Shown here: one piece after another, positions 36,511 to 45,418 of the stretch
How positions within the stretch are numbered: the first letter of the stretch is position 1
Layout of the letters: the number at the start of each line of letters is the position of its first letter
Source of the DNA: an uncultured Enterobacteriaceae bacterium
GTDB taxonomy: Bacteria > Myxococcota_A > UBA9042
DNA: 55,852 nucleotides
Reading direction: 5' to 3'
Assembly: GCA_964356325.1 (NCBI GenBank)
Contig: CAYHHL010000008.1
Span: 342-56,193, forward strand
Notes under the pieces: generated by a model
The model's database searches: none
The model's input: only the letters and a program-made list of their open reading frames with translations
What the model was told of the DNA's origin: nothing
Made by a program: the position numbers and the translations under genes

Positions 36511-37812
36511 CTACCCACGCCGCCGTTCCCGCACCTTGCTAGGGTCGATCGCCAGCAATTCCGGGCGCTTCTCCTGCAAGTACGCCAGGTAGGCCTCCGC
36601 CTCCAGCCGCGGCTCCACGTGCTCGGCCTCGACTTCAGCCTCCAGCCAGCGCTGCACCTCGCCCAGCCACGGCCCCGGCTGCAGACCCGTCGCCTGCATG
36701 ATCACGTGCCCCAACCCCTTGGGCAGCGGCGCGATCTTGGCGTCCTCGGCGGCGATGCGGGGAATACGCGTGTTCAATTCCTCCGCCAGCGATCGCACTT
36801 CGGCGATACGCCACGCCCGCTTGGTGGTGAAGTCGCTTTGTGAGAACGACAGCACGTCCTGCAGGTGCTCGCCCATGTCGCGGATCAGCCTGCGCACCGC
36901 GCTGTCGGTCCAGTTGGTCGCATAGACGTTGGCGCGTGCGTGGTTGGCGATGATGTACACCACCCGATCGCGCAGCTCGGCGTCCATGTGGAAGCGGCCG
37001 GCGACGCCCTCCATCAGGCTCGCGCCCATCTCCTCGTGGCGGAAGAAGTGGACCTTGCCCTGCTTGTTCACCGACCGCGTCCACACCTTGCCGGTGTCGT
37101 GCATCAGCGCCGCCCAGCGCACCGCCAGTACGTGCGGGCACTTCTCGACGACCTGCAGCGTGTGGTCCCAGATGTCCTTGTGGTGCACCGGGCAAGACTT
37201 GTGGAAATCGACCATCGCCACGACTTCGGGCACCATCAGCTGCAGAACTCCGCAATCGTGCAGGAATTGTAGACCCACGCCGGCCTTCTCGCCCAGCAGC
37301 ACCTCGCCAAACCGCTCGCACCAGATCGTCCGGTCCAGTTGCAGGACGTTGCCCGCGTCGCGCCAAGCCGTCCGCACCGCTTCGGTCGTCGGCTGCAGGC
37401 CCGATCGCGCCGCCCAAACGGCCAGATCGAGCACGTGTCGGGCATCGCCGCGCAGGAAGGCGCGCACATCCTCGCGCAATCGCAGGCGACCTTCCTCGGC
37501 ATCGGCCAGCCCGCCCAGGGGATCGTGCGCTTGGCCCTCGGCATCGATCGCGACGGCAAACGCTCGCACCGGTTCCGCTGCCAGCACGGCCTGCAGCGCG
37601 GCCGCGAACGGCACTTCGGAATCAAGCCATTGGATCAACACACGTTCTGGAGCATCCACGAGCACGCGATCGTCGCGCCGCCGCGCCGCCACCTGCAGAG
37701 GACCGTGCGCGGGCAAGGGCAGGCCGCGCAACAGCGATAGGGCGGCGGCACCGGTCACCGCGGCTTCGACGCCCTGCTGGCGCAATTCGAGCAGGAAGCT
37801 TTGCAAACTCAT
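36511..37812 (-). CDS. CCA-adding enzyme/poly(A) polymerase-like scaffold with degenerate nucleotidyltransferase head and intact HD domain
   Basis: DPLGGLADAEEGRLRL retained. HD domain HHKDIWDHT...ALMHDTGK...FFRHEEMGA intact. The GGxxRD/DxD and RRD motifs are not recognisable. Confidence 0.75.
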   Translation of the reverse strand: MSLQSFLLELRQQGVEAAVTGAAALSLLRGLPLPAHGPLQVAARRRDDRVLVDAPERVLIQWLDSEVPFAAALQAVLAAEPVRAFAVAIDAEGQAHDPLGGLADAEEGRLRLREDVRAFLRGDARHVLDLAVWAARSGLQPTTEAVRTAWRDAGNVLQLDRTIWCERFGEVLLGEKAGVGLQFLHDCGVLQLMVPEVVAMVDFHKSCPVHHKDIWDHTLQVVEKCPHVLAVRWAALMHDTGKVWTRSVNKQGKVHFFRHEEMGASLMEGVAGRFHMDAELRDRVVYIIANHARANVYATNWTDSAVRRLIRDMGEHLQDVLSFSQSDFTTKRAWRIAEVRSLAEELNTRIPRIAAEDAKIAPLPKGLGHVIMQATGLQPGPWLGEVQRWLEAEVEAEHVEPRLEAEAYLAYLQEKRPELLAIDPSKVRERRRG

Positions 37813-37950
37813 ATCCTGTGGGTGCGACACCGTCGTGCTCGTGCGCGGACGGGGCGTCTCCGCGGGTCGCGGTGTAGCGACCGCCCGCCTGCAGGTCAAG
37901 GCCGCAATGCGTGGGCGAGGCGACAGCGGCGTGTGACAGCAAGGCTTCGT

Positions 37951-37979
37951 TTGACACCGTACGGCCTGGGTGGTACTAG
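37951..37979 (+). promoter_or_regulatory. Putative sigma70-type promoter for the HxS peptide gene
   Basis: Perfect TTGACA, 17-nt spacer, then TGG-TACTAG (extended -10-like, weak -10). Confidence 0.4.
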
Positions 37980-38034
37980 CTGTAACGGGGATCTGCGTTA
38001 CTGCATGCCACTGACCCCCGGATGCAGAACGAGC

Positions 38035-38177
38035 CCCGGATACGACGTGCTCAGTTGAAGACGACCGGGCATCGGCCTAGGCGACAGTGCTCGGTGGATG
38101 ACAACAGGGCACGGCCGAAACGGCAGGCCAACGGGGTTCGACGTCGGTCGGACTTGAACGATTGAGCGTGTTCCGGG
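38035..38177 (+). ncRNA. Putative structured RNA / 5' leader (rod with branched apex), family unassigned
   Basis: Nested pairings: CCCGG/CCGGG; GACGUGCUCAGUUG(38044-57)/CGAUUGAGCGUGUU(38159-72); CGACCG/CGGUCG; GGCCU/AGGCC enclosing two hairpins. Confidence 0.4.
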
Positions 38178-38201
38178 ACGAATTGCCTCGATGGGGAAAC
38201 G

Positions 38202-38513
38202 ATGAAGAAAACGCTTCCGAAGTTGAAGAAGAACCCCGCGGACTTCCTTTCGGCCGAAGAGGGCGCGATCAGCGAGAAGCAGGAGGAGCGCGTCTCGACC
38301 TTCCTGACTCTTTCTGGCGCGGACGGCAGCGTGTTGCCTGGCGACCTGAACCTCTCCGCGGAGCACTGCAGCCACGGCTCGCACGGTTCGCACGGTTCGC
38401 ACGGTAGCCACGGTTCACACGGTAGCCACGGCTCGCACGGCAGTCACGGTTCGCACGGTAGCCACGGCTCGCACGGCAGCCACGGCTCGCACGGCTCGCA
38501 CGGCTCCTGGTAG
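38202..38513 (+). CDS. hxsA: His-Xaa-Ser repeat peptide (HxsA-like putative RiPP precursor): leader + HCS(HGS)15W
   Basis: GGGG RBS. Leader MKKTLPKLKKNPADFLSAEEGAIS, then 16 HxS triplets with shuffled synonymous codons. Confidence 0.8.
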   Translation: MKKTLPKLKKNPADFLSAEEGAISEKQEERVSTFLTLSGADGSVLPGDLNLSAEHCSHGSHGSHGSHGSHGSHGSHGSHGSHGSHGSHGSHGSHGSHGSHGSW

Positions 38514-38666
38514 TCGCGCGGCGGCGAGGCCCTGGCTTGCGGTGGAGTGCGCTTGGGCGCCTTCCTGCAGTGCGGCGATCCGCCTGAAATTCGCCAGCAT
38601 GCCCGGCTGATCCGAACCCCGCGGTCCGTCCAGCTTCGCCTCGCGCGCGGCCAAATTCAGCTGCGA

Positions 38667-39209
38667 TCAGCCCAATGGCCCCGGAGCCAGCTTGGCGCGC
38701 AGTCTGGCCAGCAGCCGCTGGTGTGCCCGGTGCAACTGGTCTTCGCTCCAGCGATCGCCGCCAGCCGCCAACTCCCGCATCGACCGGTCGCCCGCATAAA
38801 CGCCTTGCAACACGATGCGTTCGGCGCTCGACAGGTGCGGCGCCACAGACTCGATCGCGCGACCGATGTCCAGGCGGGTCGAAATCGAACCCACCGCGAC
38901 GTCGGCCTCCGACTTGCACTCCCGCAGGGCTTGCCGCGCCTTGTGCAACCGCGTTTCCCTGCGCAAGGCATCCAGCGCCCGCCCTTGCATCCGCGCGAAA
39001 GCAAAGGTGGTCAGCGGCCCGCGGCCATCCTCGTGGCGGCGCTGGCTCTCGCACAGACCGAGCAACGCCTCCGCCGCCAGTTCGCGACCGTCTGTTGCTC
39101 CGGAGCGATGCCGACCGCCGATCGCGCAGGCCAGTCGCAGCGCAGGGTTGGTGATCGCCATGTTCGGCAGCGCTCGGTCGTCCTGCTGCGGTTGGGTCAT
39201 CATCTTCAT
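38667..39209 (-). CDS. Minimal sigma-70 family factor (FliA/WhiG-like regions 2 and 4 only)
   Basis: AGGAG RBS. ELAAEALLGLCES...LTTFAFARMQGRALDALRR (region 2) and LSSAERIVLQGVY...SMRELA...HQRLLARLR (region 4). Confidence 0.7.
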   Translation of the reverse strand: MKMMTQPQQDDRALPNMAITNPALRLACAIGGRHRSGATDGRELAAEALLGLCESQRRHEDGRGPLTTFAFARMQGRALDALRRETRLHKARQALRECKSEADVAVGSISTRLDIGRAIESVAPHLSSAERIVLQGVYAGDRSMRELAAGGDRWSEDQLHRAHQRLLARLRAKLAPGPLG

Positions 39210-39427
39210 GCGGGGCTCCTGGTTTGCGGGTGGCACCATCTGGCGGGCGGTCCCAGGCTGATGCAAGCTGGCGTCCAGGTCGGCAACTTGTGACGATTCA
39301 GGATTGACCACGGCGGCTTGAGTCGCAAACCGTCAGGCGCGACATCACAGCGGTTCGAGGCCTCGCGGCCCCAGGTCCAGCCGCCCCAGCCCGCGGAGAC
39401 CACGCGGCTTCGGTGTGCGTCAAATCG

Positions 39428-39455
39428 TTGACGTCAGCGCGACCGGGATTATTGT
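39428..39455 (+). promoter_or_regulatory. Putative sigma70 promoter for the L,D-transpeptidase gene
   Basis: TTGACG-N16-TATTGT, about 50 nt upstream of ATG 39507. Confidence 0.45.
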
Positions 39456-39506
39456 CACTTGCCAGCGGGCCCCGATGCCGCCGACCGTACGCCCGAGGAA
39501 ACGACC

Positions 39507-41480
39507 ATGACGATCGCGAACAAAGCTCTGCAGTGGCGCAATCTTGCCTTGGTAATGGGTCTCGCGGCGACCTTGCCGGCGTGCCACAGCCAGACCGAGA
39601 AGCCCAAGCCAGAGGAGGCAGAGGAAGCGCCCGCGATTCCGGCGGTTCCGGTCCAGCCAGCCGCGGCTCCGGTGCGCGTGCCGACGCTCAGCGAGATCGC
39701 GCTGCGGGTGACGACCGACCTCAAGAACAATGCCGACGCCGAAGTCGCCGGGCTCGCCAAGGCCGTGAAGGCGGCCGGGCCCGACGCCAAGGTCTTGAAG
39801 GTGTTGTACAATCACGCGGAATTGCGGTTCTTCGACGGCCAGGGCAACCTGAACGAGGACGGCATTGCGGTGCATGCGCTGTTGGCCGACCTGGAACGCC
39901 AAGGCATCGACAAGACAGGGTATCGCTTCGACAAGCTCGACGCCTCGACCCAGCGCATCACCGAGACCTTCGCCAAGGAACGCGCGACGTTGCAGGCCAT
40001 GGCCGCGCATCCCCGCGCCCAACTGGTCGCCATCGCCGCGGTGAAGTGGCTGCATGCAGGCGAAGGCGGCGAAATCGCGCTGGTCCAGGCGGGTGGCGAC
40101 AAGCTCGCGCCGGCCTCGCTGGTGGCGCTGGAGCAGGCGTTGCCGCCCCTGACCCAGGCGGTGCAGGACGCGCGCCTGGCGGTTTGGCAGGCCGATGTCG
40201 AACTGGCCCGGGCAGTCCTGCGTTATCTCGTGGACATGCAACTGGCCTACCCCGCGCACCCGATCAAGTACACGCCGCCCGCGGCGATCCGCAAGCTGAC
40301 CGAGACGCAAGCGGACAAGCTGGTCGCCCAGCTCTCGCTTTCGCGTGGCAAGGCAGCGGAAGTGATGAGGAAGGCCTGGCCGACCCACCCGCAGTACGAA
40401 TTGCTGCTCGGTGCCGAGGACGAGTACCGCAAGCTGGCGGCGGCGGGCGGTTGGCAGCCCTTGCCCAAGTTCGCGAGCAAGGTCGTGAAGAAGGGCGACA
40501 CTGGCCCGTTCGTGGTGGCGCTGCGCAATCGCTTGCATGCAGAGGGATTCGACACAGGGGTTGGCGAGGGTTTCGACGAAGCGCTGGCCGAGGCGGTGGC
40601 AACGTTCCAGGCCCGGCATCAGCTCGACTCCGATGGGGTGGTGACCAAGACGACGGCGGCCGAACTGGACGTGCCGGCCGAACAGCGCGTCAAGCAGATC
40701 CAGCTCGCCCTGCAACGGTTGCGCGAGTCCGAGGGGCGCGATCCGGGCGAGGACTACATCTGGGTCAACATCGCATTCCAGAGACTGTGGGCGGTGTTCG
40801 ATGGCAAGCTGGTCGAGACGCACAAGACGGTGGTGGGCAACAACGACACCGACACCGACCAGGTGACCGCGCTCAAGGGCAAGATCAACCGCACGAAAAT
40901 GTTCAGCTTCAAGATGACGCGGGTCATCCTGGCGCCGCGCTGGTATCCCACGCAGCGGGTCATCGAGCTGGAGATCGGCAAGCACCTGGCGACGGAGCCG
41001 GACTACCTGGAAAGGCACGACTATGTGCGCGAGATGCAGCCCGACGGCACCGAGGTCTACTACCAGCGTGCCGGCAAGGAGAACTTGCTCGGCGACGTGA
41101 AGTTCCAAGGTCCGAACAAGTACAACATCTACCTGCACGACACCAACGCGCGGGCATTGTTCGGTAAACCGCGTCGCACCTTCAGTCACGGCTGCATTCG
41201 CGTGCAAGATCCGCTGACGCTGGCCGAACTGGTGCTCGGGCGCGACAAGGGCATGAGTGCCGGACAGATCCGCGAGGCGATCAAGGAGAAGGAGGAGAAG
41301 ATCATCCAGCTCAAGACGCCGTTCTGGGTCCATGTCGACTACGTGACGGCGGCGGTCGACGACGAGGGCCACACGATCTTCGGCGCGGACGTATACGGTT
41401 ATGATCAAGCCTTTTACGACGGCCTGCTTCCCGTAGAGGAGGCGAAGGAGTACAAGGCGGCCTCGGTCAAGGGGCTGTAA
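39507..41480 (+). CDS. L,D-transpeptidase (YcbB/LdtD-like) lipoprotein with peptidoglycan-binding domain
   Basis: Lipobox LPAC, PG-binding motif AVATFQARHQLDSDGVV, WVNI, VVG, LGDVKF, IYLHDT, and catalytic FSHGCIRV. Confidence 0.9.
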   Translation: MTIANKALQWRNLALVMGLAATLPACHSQTEKPKPEEAEEAPAIPAVPVQPAAAPVRVPTLSEIALRVTTDLKNNADAEVAGLAKAVKAAGPDAKVLKVLYNHAELRFFDGQGNLNEDGIAVHALLADLERQGIDKTGYRFDKLDASTQRITETFAKERATLQAMAAHPRAQLVAIAAVKWLHAGEGGEIALVQAGGDKLAPASLVALEQALPPLTQAVQDARLAVWQADVELARAVLRYLVDMQLAYPAHPIKYTPPAAIRKLTETQADKLVAQLSLSRGKAAEVMRKAWPTHPQYELLLGAEDEYRKLAAAGGWQPLPKFASKVVKKGDTGPFVVALRNRLHAEGFDTGVGEGFDEALAEAVATFQARHQLDSDGVVTKTTAAELDVPAEQRVKQIQLALQRLRESEGRDPGEDYIWVNIAFQRLWAVFDGKLVETHKTVVGNNDTDTDQVTALKGKINRTKMFSFKMTRVILAPRWYPTQRVIELEIGKHLATEPDYLERHDYVREMQPDGTEVYYQRAGKENLLGDVKFQGPNKYNIYLHDTNARALFGKPRRTFSHGCIRVQDPLTLAELVLGRDKGMSAGQIREAIKEKEEKIIQLKTPFWVHVDYVTAAVDDEGHTIFGADVYGYDQAFYDGLLPVEEAKEYKAASVKGL

Positions 41481-41524
41481 CGGCCCTCGCTCTCGGACAC
41501 CGCGCCGGGACAGGAACGGGGCAC

Positions 41525-41812
41525 TTGTTGTCAGACGGCCACGAGCGGCAAGCCAGCGTTGCACCAAGTGAATCGCCGGCCGCTGGCTCCGTCGGCAAAG
41601 CCGCGAAGGCAACGCTTTCGGGACCGCCGCCATTGCGAGTGGAGATCCACATCCTGGACGATGGTCGAGTGGTGTTCGGGGACCTGCCGCCGGAACTGGC
41701 TGAAGTTGCGCAGATTTTGGCGGGAGAACTGCCGCTGTTGCCGCGCGAACCGGGCGGGCTGCTGACCGGCCTCGTGAACGCCGAAGGAACTGTCCAGTGG
41801 GGTGCAGGGTGA
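41525..41812 (+). CDS. Small hypothetical protein translationally coupled to the kinase
   Basis: TGATG stop/start overlap at 41810-41814. Globular-looking core VEIHILDDGRVVFGDLPPELAEVAQIL. Start uncertain. Confidence 0.5.
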   Translation: MLSDGHERQASVAPSESPAAGSVGKAAKATLSGPPPLRVEIHILDDGRVVFGDLPPELAEVAQILAGELPLLPREPGGLLTGLVNAEGTVQWGAG

Positions 41813-43713
41813 TGCGTCTGTGTCCGAAGTGCGGCAAACGGTCCGAGGAAGCGCGCTGCCCCGATGACGGCACCGCAACGCTCGTGCTCGCCGCCAATCC
41901 CGACAGCCGCTTGCCGTTGGGCACCGAGGTCAACGGCCGCTACCGCATCCGCGAGATGATCGGCCAGGGCGGCTTCGGCGCCGTGTACCGCGCGACCAGC
42001 ATTGCCACCGAACAGGACATGGCGATCAAGCTGTTGGCGGTCACCCTGGATGGTGACGACAGCGACATGATCCAGCGCTTCTTCGCCGAAGCCCAGATCA
42101 CCGCCTCGCTCAAGCATCCCAATACCATCCGCGTGTTCGACTTCGGCCAGACCGAGGGCGGCGCGCTGTACATCGCCATGGAGCTGCTTTCGGGCCAACC
42201 GCTGAACGAGATGTTGCGCGATCGGACCCGCGAAGGTCGCGTCATGACGGAGGAAGAGGCGATCAACATCGGCGTGCAGACCCTGCGCAGCCTGGCCGAA
42301 GCGCACCTCGCCAACCTGGTGCACCGCGATCTGAAGCCGCACAACCTGTTCTTGCACGACGTCGAGGGCGACGATCCGGTCGTCAAGGTGCTGGACTTCG
42401 GCATTGCCAAGAAGCTCGGCTCCAACCTGACCGGCACGGGCAAGGCGTTCGGCACGCCCTCGTACATGAGCCCGGAGCAGGCGCAGAACAAGGCGATCGA
42501 TCGGCGCAGTGACCTGTATTCATTAGGTTGCGTGCTGTTCCAGTTGGTCGCGGGCAAGCCGCCCTTCGATGGCGAGAACCCGCTGTCAGTGCTGCTGAGC
42601 CACGTGACGGATGCGCCGCCGGACCTGCGCATGGTCGCGGGAACGCCGGTGAGCGAGCCGTTCGTGCGGGTCATCGAGCGGGCTTTGTCCAAGGATCCCA
42701 ACGGTCGATTCGCGACTGCGATCGAAATGCGCCAAGCCCTGGAAGCATGCCGCGGCGCCGAACGGACCGAGCACCTGCGCGCGCCGTCGATGTCGCACTT
42801 GCCGATGGCGTCGTCGCTCGATAGCGCCGACGAAAGGACCTCAGCCTACGCTACGCCCGGCAGTGCCGAAGATCGGACGGCGGCCTATGCCGTACCGGGC
42901 GTCCCTGCGTTCGCGGCCGGTTTGACTCCGCGCGCCGTGACGGCCAACCCCTCGACCTTTACTCCGAATCCAGCGGCGGCGGCGAACGGCAATACGTTCG
43001 AGGCAATGGGCGCGGGCAGCCATCCGACGTTTGGCTTCTTCTCCAAGGCGGTCGAAGCGCCCGAAACATTGGCGCCGGCGCTCGCGCAACCCGACGAGCC
43101 GGACCTGCCGCGGCCGCGCAAGGCCAACAAGGTCGCGATCGTCCTGGTCGCGGTCGCGCTAATCGCGGTGGCGATCGTGGCGGCGGCGACATTCGGTGGC
43201 AACGAAGGCGAAGGCAACCGCGTCACGACCGACCCGACCAAGGCAGCGCAACTGGCCGGAGTGCCTGGACAACCCGCGGCAGCCGGCCAACCCGTCGCCC
43301 CGGCCGCAACCCAGGCAGCCAATCCCGTGCCTGCAGGCGCAGTCGCGGGCGGAGCGGTGGCGGCCGCGGATCCCGCCGCTGGGGCGCAAGTGAGCGCGGT
43401 GAAGCTGGTTTCCGAGCCACTGGGCGCGTCGGTGGCGATCGGCGGCAAGGTCGTCGGCGTGACTCCGCTGGACGTGCAAGTGGTGGGCGCCGATCGGGTG
43501 ACCGCGCGCCTGAGCCTGAACGCCTACAGCGACCTGGACGTCGAGGTCGGGCGCGCCGACGGTCCGGTCAAGACTGTGCAATTGCGGGCGATCACACCGG
43601 TTCCGGGCAATCCCGTGGTCAAGAAGGCGGTCAAGTCCGGCAAGTCGGCCAGCCAGGGTCATTCGGGCGGCGAGAAGACCAAGACCAAGAGCGCGCTGGA
43701 AGAACGGCTGTAG
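41812..43713 (+). CDS. Hanks-type Ser/Thr protein kinase (N-terminal Zn-ribbon-like, TM helix, C-terminal PEGA-like domain)
   Basis: CPKC..CPDDG, IGQGGFGAVY, AIK, HRDLKPHN, DFG, GTPSYMSPEQ, TM VAIVLVAVALIAVAIVAAA, and SEPLGASVAIGGKVVGVTPL. Confidence 0.95.
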   Translation: MRLCPKCGKRSEEARCPDDGTATLVLAANPDSRLPLGTEVNGRYRIREMIGQGGFGAVYRATSIATEQDMAIKLLAVTLDGDDSDMIQRFFAEAQITASLKHPNTIRVFDFGQTEGGALYIAMELLSGQPLNEMLRDRTREGRVMTEEEAINIGVQTLRSLAEAHLANLVHRDLKPHNLFLHDVEGDDPVVKVLDFGIAKKLGSNLTGTGKAFGTPSYMSPEQAQNKAIDRRSDLYSLGCVLFQLVAGKPPFDGENPLSVLLSHVTDAPPDLRMVAGTPVSEPFVRVIERALSKDPNGRFATAIEMRQALEACRGAERTEHLRAPSMSHLPMASSLDSADERTSAYATPGSAEDRTAAYAVPGVPAFAAGLTPRAVTANPSTFTPNPAAAANGNTFEAMGAGSHPTFGFFSKAVEAPETLAPALAQPDEPDLPRPRKANKVAIVLVAVALIAVAIVAAATFGGNEGEGNRVTTDPTKAAQLAGVPGQPAAAGQPVAPAATQAANPVPAGAVAGGAVAAADPAAGAQVSAVKLVSEPLGASVAIGGKVVGVTPLDVQVVGADRVTARLSLNAYSDLDVEVGRADGPVKTVQLRAITPVPGNPVVKKAVKSGKSASQGHSGGEKTKTKSALEERL

Positions 43714-43738
43714 ATCGTCAGAGAGCTTGTGCACAGGC

Positions 43739-45418
43739 TCAGAGATCGGGCCGACCGCGCAGACGCACCAGACAATGCCGCGCCGTACACGCGATGGTCT
43801 GGCCCATGGACATGAAGCGCCGGTCGACCGGATGCTCGGGATTCTTCGGCAACAGCGCAAAACGACTGGCATAGGCGGAACCGTACGCGGTGTGGGCCAA
43901 TTCCGGGTGCAAGACCTTGAGTGCCGAGCCGACGACGTGACCGCCCGGCCGAGCCGGCAAGATGACCGTCGAATCGCGATGCTTGACGAGCAGTTCGACG
44001 TCGTCTGGGCCCAGCGCGGCGGGCAGCAGCGCTTCGATGGGCGGCAGCAGTCCGGGCAGGCGGGCCAGGGCGTTGCGGCGGTCGTCAGGTGCCACCGTCA
44101 CATCGGCCGCCAACGCCAGCAAAGCCGCGAGTCCCAGCGCCACCGCAGCCACCCGCGCCATCCGGCCTTCGCGCTGCAGCGCACCGCGGCCGAGATCCCA
44201 ACCTTCCGCCACGACCGCGACTGTCAAGACCGGCGCGACCACCGCGAGCCCGTCGAGCCAGCCCGGCACCGGCAGCCCGACCACGGCGAGCACGAGCAGC
44301 CAAAGCCAGGCCAGCGCGTGAGGCAGGGCGACCGGATGCGAGGGCTCGCGCCGCCAGCGGGTCAGGCCCCGAATCGCCAGCAACAACAGCGGGAACGGCA
44401 GCTGCCCCAGCCACGCCGCCAGCGGGCCGAGCACCGGCAGCGAGGCGAGACCTCCTGGCAGCAGCCGAGCCGTCGGTGCCCGCAGCAGGTTCAGATCCTG
44501 GGTCCACAGCGTCTTGAGACCGCCCACCGGCAGCAGTTTCATCGCCAGCCCCACGCCGAGCAGCAGCCCCGCGAGCCAGGGCAGCCACGCGCTTCGGGCA
44601 TGGGGACCCTGGCGCGGATCTTCAAGTATTTCTAAGGGCGGCGGCGCGGGCAGCAGCAGGATCGCCACCGCCAGCACGGGCAATGCGGCCAGACCGACCG
44701 GATGCCCGAGCGTGAGCAACACCACGCCCGCGGCAAGCCACACGGCCGAACGGCGCGGCGCGACCTGCAAGCCCAGACCCGCGAGCAGGAAACAGCCCGA
44801 GGCCAACGCGAGCAGCGACTCGGCCGAGAGCACGAGGACCGACGCGCGACTCGCGGGCCACACGAGCAGCACAGCCAGCGTCGTCAGCGCGCCCCAGGGA
44901 CCGATCAGGCGATGCGCCGCGCGCGCCACCGTGTACAGAAGTGTCGAGGCTACCAGGAGTTGAAGGACAGCCACAGCAGCCAACGGCGCCAGACCGGCGG
45001 TGACCATGCGCCGCAGCAGCAGGCCGATCGCGCCATCCTCGAGGATCGTGCCGGACTTGCCGATGGCCTCGATCCAGCCCGCACCCGTCGCCGAAATCGC
45101 CACGCCGGGGCGCAGCAGCAGCGCGGCAAGACCGATGCACCCGGCCAGGGCCAGCAGCGGCGCGACGACCCGCAGGGCGCGCAGCCGACGCATGGGCGTG
45201 GGCAACGCCACGGTGTCCGCCTCGGCGAGGTCCGCTCCCTCATCGGGCAGATCCGCAGTCTGGTCGGGCAGATCCGCAGTCGGGTCGGCCAAGTCTGCAA
45301 CCGGCTGGACCGCCTCGGCCTCGTCGGCGGGCACGGCAGCGGTGGCGGGAGGTGGGCTGGCGGGCGGGACTTCCCAGGGCACGAATTCGCCGGTCTCGAG
45401 GCGCGGTCGATCGCTCAC
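43739..45418 (-). CDS. Polytopic membrane protein, possibly GT-C/ArnT-like fold (divergent)
   Basis: About 11-12 hydrophobic segments. GALTTLAVLLVWP...SAESLLA resembles the PMT/ArnT layout. GTGA overlap with the upstream gene. Confidence 0.55.
   Translation of the reverse strand: MSDRPRLETGEFVPWEVPPASPPPATAAVPADEAEAVQPVADLADPTADLPDQTADLPDEGADLAEADTVALPTPMRRLRALRVVAPLLALAGCIGLAALLLRPGVAISATGAGWIEAIGKSGTILEDGAIGLLLRRMVTAGLAPLAAVAVLQLLVASTLLYTVARAAHRLIGPWGALTTLAVLLVWPASRASVLVLSAESLLALASGCFLLAGLGLQVAPRRSAVWLAAGVVLLTLGHPVGLAALPVLAVAILLLPAPPPLEILEDPRQGPHARSAWLPWLAGLLLGVGLAMKLLPVGGLKTLWTQDLNLLRAPTARLLPGGLASLPVLGPLAAWLGQLPFPLLLLAIRGLTRWRREPSHPVALPHALAWLWLLVLAVVGLPVPGWLDGLAVVAPVLTVAVVAEGWDLGRGALQREGRMARVAAVALGLAALLALAADVTVAPDDRRNALARLPGLLPPIEALLPAALGPDDVELLVKHRDSTVILPARPGGHVVGSALKVLHPELAHTAYGSAYASRFALLPKNPEHPVDRRFMSMGQTIACTARHCLVRLRGRPDL

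Noticed and set aside
37978-38070. Cobalamin riboswitch (CTGTAAcGGGGA...GCCACTG...gagcccc)
   Set aside because: Only fragments match. The AGGGAA, CCCCGC and GGGAAG elements and a clear B12 box are missing. A cmscan would be needed to revive it.
38130-38177. tRNA, 6S or SRP RNA (GGTTCGA, CTTGAAC motifs)
   Set aside because: No cloverleaf or CCA end, no SRP GGAA-AGCAG loop, and no clear large central 6S bubble.
38241-38275. Flp-pilin leader (FLSAEEGA) in the HxS peptide
   Set aside because: It is not followed by the ExxL/hydrophobic pilin helix.
38364-38507. 9-bp tandem repeat as CRISPR array or microsatellite
   Set aside because: There are no spacers, and variation is confined to synonymous codons, so it is a coding repeat.
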